This document shows, one piece after another, positions 29,821-32,000 of a stretch of 32,000 bases of DNA. Position 1 is the first letter of the stretch, and each line of letters begins with the position of its first letter. The stretch is from positions 3,330,001 through 3,362,000 of the forward strand of contig NC_014972.1 of NCBI RefSeq assembly GCF_000186885.1, read 5' to 3'. Origin of the DNA: Desulfobulbus propionicus DSM 2032 (GTDB lineage: Bacteria > Desulfobacterota > Desulfobulbia > Desulfobulbales > Desulfobulbaceae). Under the pieces are notes generated by a model. That model worked only from the letters and a program-made list of their open reading frames with translations, searched no databases and was not told where the DNA came from. The translations under genes were made by a program, and so were the position numbers.

Positions 29821-31053
29821 ATGAACAAATTACCGGCAGCCGTGGGACTGATCCTGCTGACCGCCACCGGATCGGCCCTTGCCTCCGGCTATCGCATCCC
29901 GGAACAGTCGGTGAATTCCACCGCCCGGGCCGGCAGTTATGTTGCCTACACACCCGGGGCCGACGCCGCCTATTACAATCCCGCCAACATGTCCTGGCTT
30001 GAGGATCGGGCCTATCTGGAGGCGGACGCCACCTGGATCCATTTGAACTCGGTTGCCTATGCCGACAGCCGCAGTTCATCGTTGAATGGCAGTTCCGAGG
30101 CGGAAAATTTTTTCATGCCCACCTTCTTTGCCGTTTCCCCTGACTACAACAATTTTCGCGTCGGCTTTTCCGTCACCGCCCCGGCCGGGTTATCCAAACG
30201 ATGGCAGGATCCGTATCCCCGGACCTTTGCCGAGGAATTCAGCCTCAAGGTTTTTGAATTCAACCCCACCCTCTCCTACAAGTTCAGCGACCGGCTTGCC
30301 GTTGGCGCCGGCGTCCGCGCCATCTATGTGGACGGCAAGGTGAAAAGCAACGGTATCATCGACCATTACGGCAGCACCGCCATCCGCGACATGGATGGTG
30401 ACGCCCTGGAAGCCGGATACAACCTGGCGGTGACCGCCCGGCCCACGGAGGACATGAACATCAGCGTCACCTACCGATCCGAGGTCGACCTGGGCATCGA
30501 AGGACACGCCGACCTGAACACCAATGTGCTGTCAGGCAGATACAGCGGAGACACCGGCGTGGAGATCCCCCTGCCGGCAATTCTGGCGGTGGCCGTGTCC
30601 TACACCTTTTTTGATCAATTGACGGTTGAACTGGAATACGATCAGACCTATTGGTCCGATTACGCCTATCTGGACTTCACCTACCCGGCCCCCTTTGCCA
30701 ACCCGGTGTTCGCGGCAGCCTTTGATGACGCCAAGGCCAAACACTGGTCGGATACCAATGCCTGGCGCTTGAGCGTCACCTACGACTTGAAGAACGACTT
30801 CATCCTCATGGCCGGATTTGCCATTGACGAAAATCCGGTGCCGGAAGCGACCCTCGGTTTTGAGCTGCCTGATTCCGACGCCCTGCTCTATTCGGCGGGC
30901 GTTCGCTACAAGGTGAACAAGGACATGGAACTGGGCGTCGCCTATCTCTATGACGACAAGGAGAGCCGCTCGGTGAACAATGGGACGGTGAAGGGCACCA
31001 TCGACGAAGCCGGGGCCCACCTGCTGACCTTCGGTTTGACCTATGCCTTCTGA
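29821..31053 (+). CDS. OmpP1/FadL/TodX family outer membrane transporter
   Basis: Signal peptide then SGYRIPEQSVNSTARAGSYVAYTPGADAAYYNPANMSWL; repeated beta strands with C-terminal aromatic FGLTYAF. Confidence 0.9.
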   Translation: MNKLPAAVGLILLTATGSALASGYRIPEQSVNSTARAGSYVAYTPGADAAYYNPANMSWLEDRAYLEADATWIHLNSVAYADSRSSSLNGSSEAENFFMPTFFAVSPDYNNFRVGFSVTAPAGLSKRWQDPYPRTFAEEFSLKVFEFNPTLSYKFSDRLAVGAGVRAIYVDGKVKSNGIIDHYGSTAIRDMDGDALEAGYNLAVTARPTEDMNISVTYRSEVDLGIEGHADLNTNVLSGRYSGDTGVEIPLPAILAVAVSYTFFDQLTVELEYDQTYWSDYAYLDFTYPAPFANPVFAAAFDDAKAKHWSDTNAWRLSVTYDLKNDFILMAGFAIDENPVPEATLGFELPDSDALLYSAGVRYKVNKDMELGVAYLYDDKESRSVNNGTVKGTIDEAGAHLLTFGLTYAF

Positions 31054-31077
31054 GTGACAACAGGCAACGCTTTGTGC

Positions 31078-31115
31078 AAGCGGGTCCGGAACAGTTCCGG
31101 TCCCGCTTTTTTTTA
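31078..31115 (+). terminator. Intrinsic terminator downstream of the FadL-family gene
   Basis: GCGGG-T-CCGGAA-CAG-TTCCGG-T-CCCGC stem (one T/T mismatch) followed by a run of Ts. Confidence 0.8.
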
Positions 31116-31745
31116 TCCTAAGAGAAGAGCATTGGACATGCGGATAATCGGCATGATCAGCCAGCCGATCACCCCGGTGTAAAACAACCCAAGAAGAATA
31201 AAGAAACCAAAGGGTTCGAGTTTGGCATAGCTGCGGGCCGCCTCCGGCGGCAGCAACCCCATCAGCACCTTGGAGCCGTCGAGCGGCGGGATGGGGATGC
31301 AGTTGAACACTGCCAGCATGATGTTGATCCACACGCTGGCCGCGAGCATGGCCACCAGGGGTTGGAGAACGGCAAAGGGAAGAAAGCGGAACTGGACGAA
31401 CAGATGCGCCAGGGAAGCACTGGCAATGGCGAGCACCACATTGGCCCCGGGGCCGGCCAGGGCCACCTTGAGCATGTCCTGGCGAGGATTGCGAAAATAC
31501 CAGGGATTGACCGGCACCGGTTTGGCCCAGCCGATCTTCATGATGATGAAGGCGAGCACCCCGAGCGGATCGAGGTGTTTGAGCGGGTTGAGGGTCAGGC
31601 GGCCTTCGTTCTTGGCCGTGGGATCGCCCAGGCGAAACGCCACGTAGCCATGCGCCAGTTCGTGCACGGTCAAGGCAAAAAGCAACGGTGGGGCCTGGAT
31701 GATCAGCTGCTGCATGAAGCTGTTGAAATCGAAATTCATGGGCAT
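31113..31745 (-). CDS. Site-2 protease family (peptidase M50) membrane protein
   Basis: HELAHGYVAFRLGDPTAKNEGRLTLNPLKHLDPLG and NCIPIPPLDGSKVL motifs; start MPMNFDFNSFMQQL (31745). Confidence 0.92.
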   Translation of the reverse strand: MPMNFDFNSFMQQLIIQAPPLLFALTVHELAHGYVAFRLGDPTAKNEGRLTLNPLKHLDPLGVLAFIIMKIGWAKPVPVNPWYFRNPRQDMLKVALAGPGANVVLAIASASLAHLFVQFRFLPFAVLQPLVAMLAASVWINIMLAVFNCIPIPPLDGSKVLMGLLPPEAARSYAKLEPFGFFILLGLFYTGVIGWLIMPIIRMSNALLLG

Positions 31746-31854
31746 CGGCGGATGTTTTTTACGGTTGTTGGGGTCTGGCTGTGGTTTCCAGCCTCTCTTG
31801 TGTGCAAAATCATAAGGTCGAACCGCGGAAAAGCGAGAGGAAAATGAGATCCGG

Positions 31855-32000
31855 TCAAGGACGACGGGGCAGAATGGGATGGGTGCTGCGGATGAAGGCC
31901 AGAGCCTGGTCGTGGCTGGTGATCTCGCCGTCAAGCTGCATTTCGATCAGGTGGTTATGGATGGCGCGGAACTGGGGGCCGGGGATATAGCCCATGGTCT
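31855..32000 (-). CDS. 3' tail of probable CCA/poly(A) polymerase-type nucleotidyltransferase (truncated by window edge)
   Basis: Reverse-strand frame reads MGYIPGPQFRAIHNHLIEMQLDGEITSHDQALAFIRSTHPILPRRP-stop, resembling the C-terminus of this family (GPxF..I...L...LDGEI.....A..FI). Confidence 0.5.
   Translation of the reverse strand, partial: TMGYIPGPQFRAIHNHLIEMQLDGEITSHDQALAFIRSTHPILPRRP

Overview
The window is a high-GC bacterial chromosomal segment. Protein content suggests a deltaproteobacterial, Desulfobulbales-like sulfate reducer; this taxonomic call is inference only. From left to right it contains: the 3' part of kup; gltD and gltB (minus); a DHH/DHHA1 + 2xCBS protein; a TonB-plug receptor, YfiR-like protein and hybrid histidine kinase cassette; a HIT protein; a small exported protein; a DEAD/DEAH helicase; typA/bipA; a short ORF interrupted by an in-frame TGA; a TM/Pro-rich protein; NUDIX, HAD and dual OB-fold proteins; a GDSL esterase; glgX; a DUF1566 (Lcl-like) protein; an orphan response regulator; an S11 D-Ala-D-Ala carboxypeptidase with a Lys/Ala-rich linker; an AMP-binding acyl-CoA synthetase; a FadL-family porin; an M50 site-2 protease; and the 3' tail of a probable CCA/poly(A) nucleotidyltransferase. 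The most interesting item is 19269..19430, directly downstream of typA. It has a strong Shine-Dalgarno and encodes MKELLLIGVALAAGLVTLAVLVRRSGGDCIP-[TGA]-LLLYGSVGAGLVTYAVLKALF. The TGA lies in a C-x-x-(TGA) context, is followed by a plausible bacterial SECIS hairpin at the expected spacing, and is flanked by two similar hydrophobic segments. This makes it a candidate tiny two-TM CxxU selenoprotein missed by the standard ORF track. No rRNA, tRNA, CRISPR array or clear mobile element was seen.
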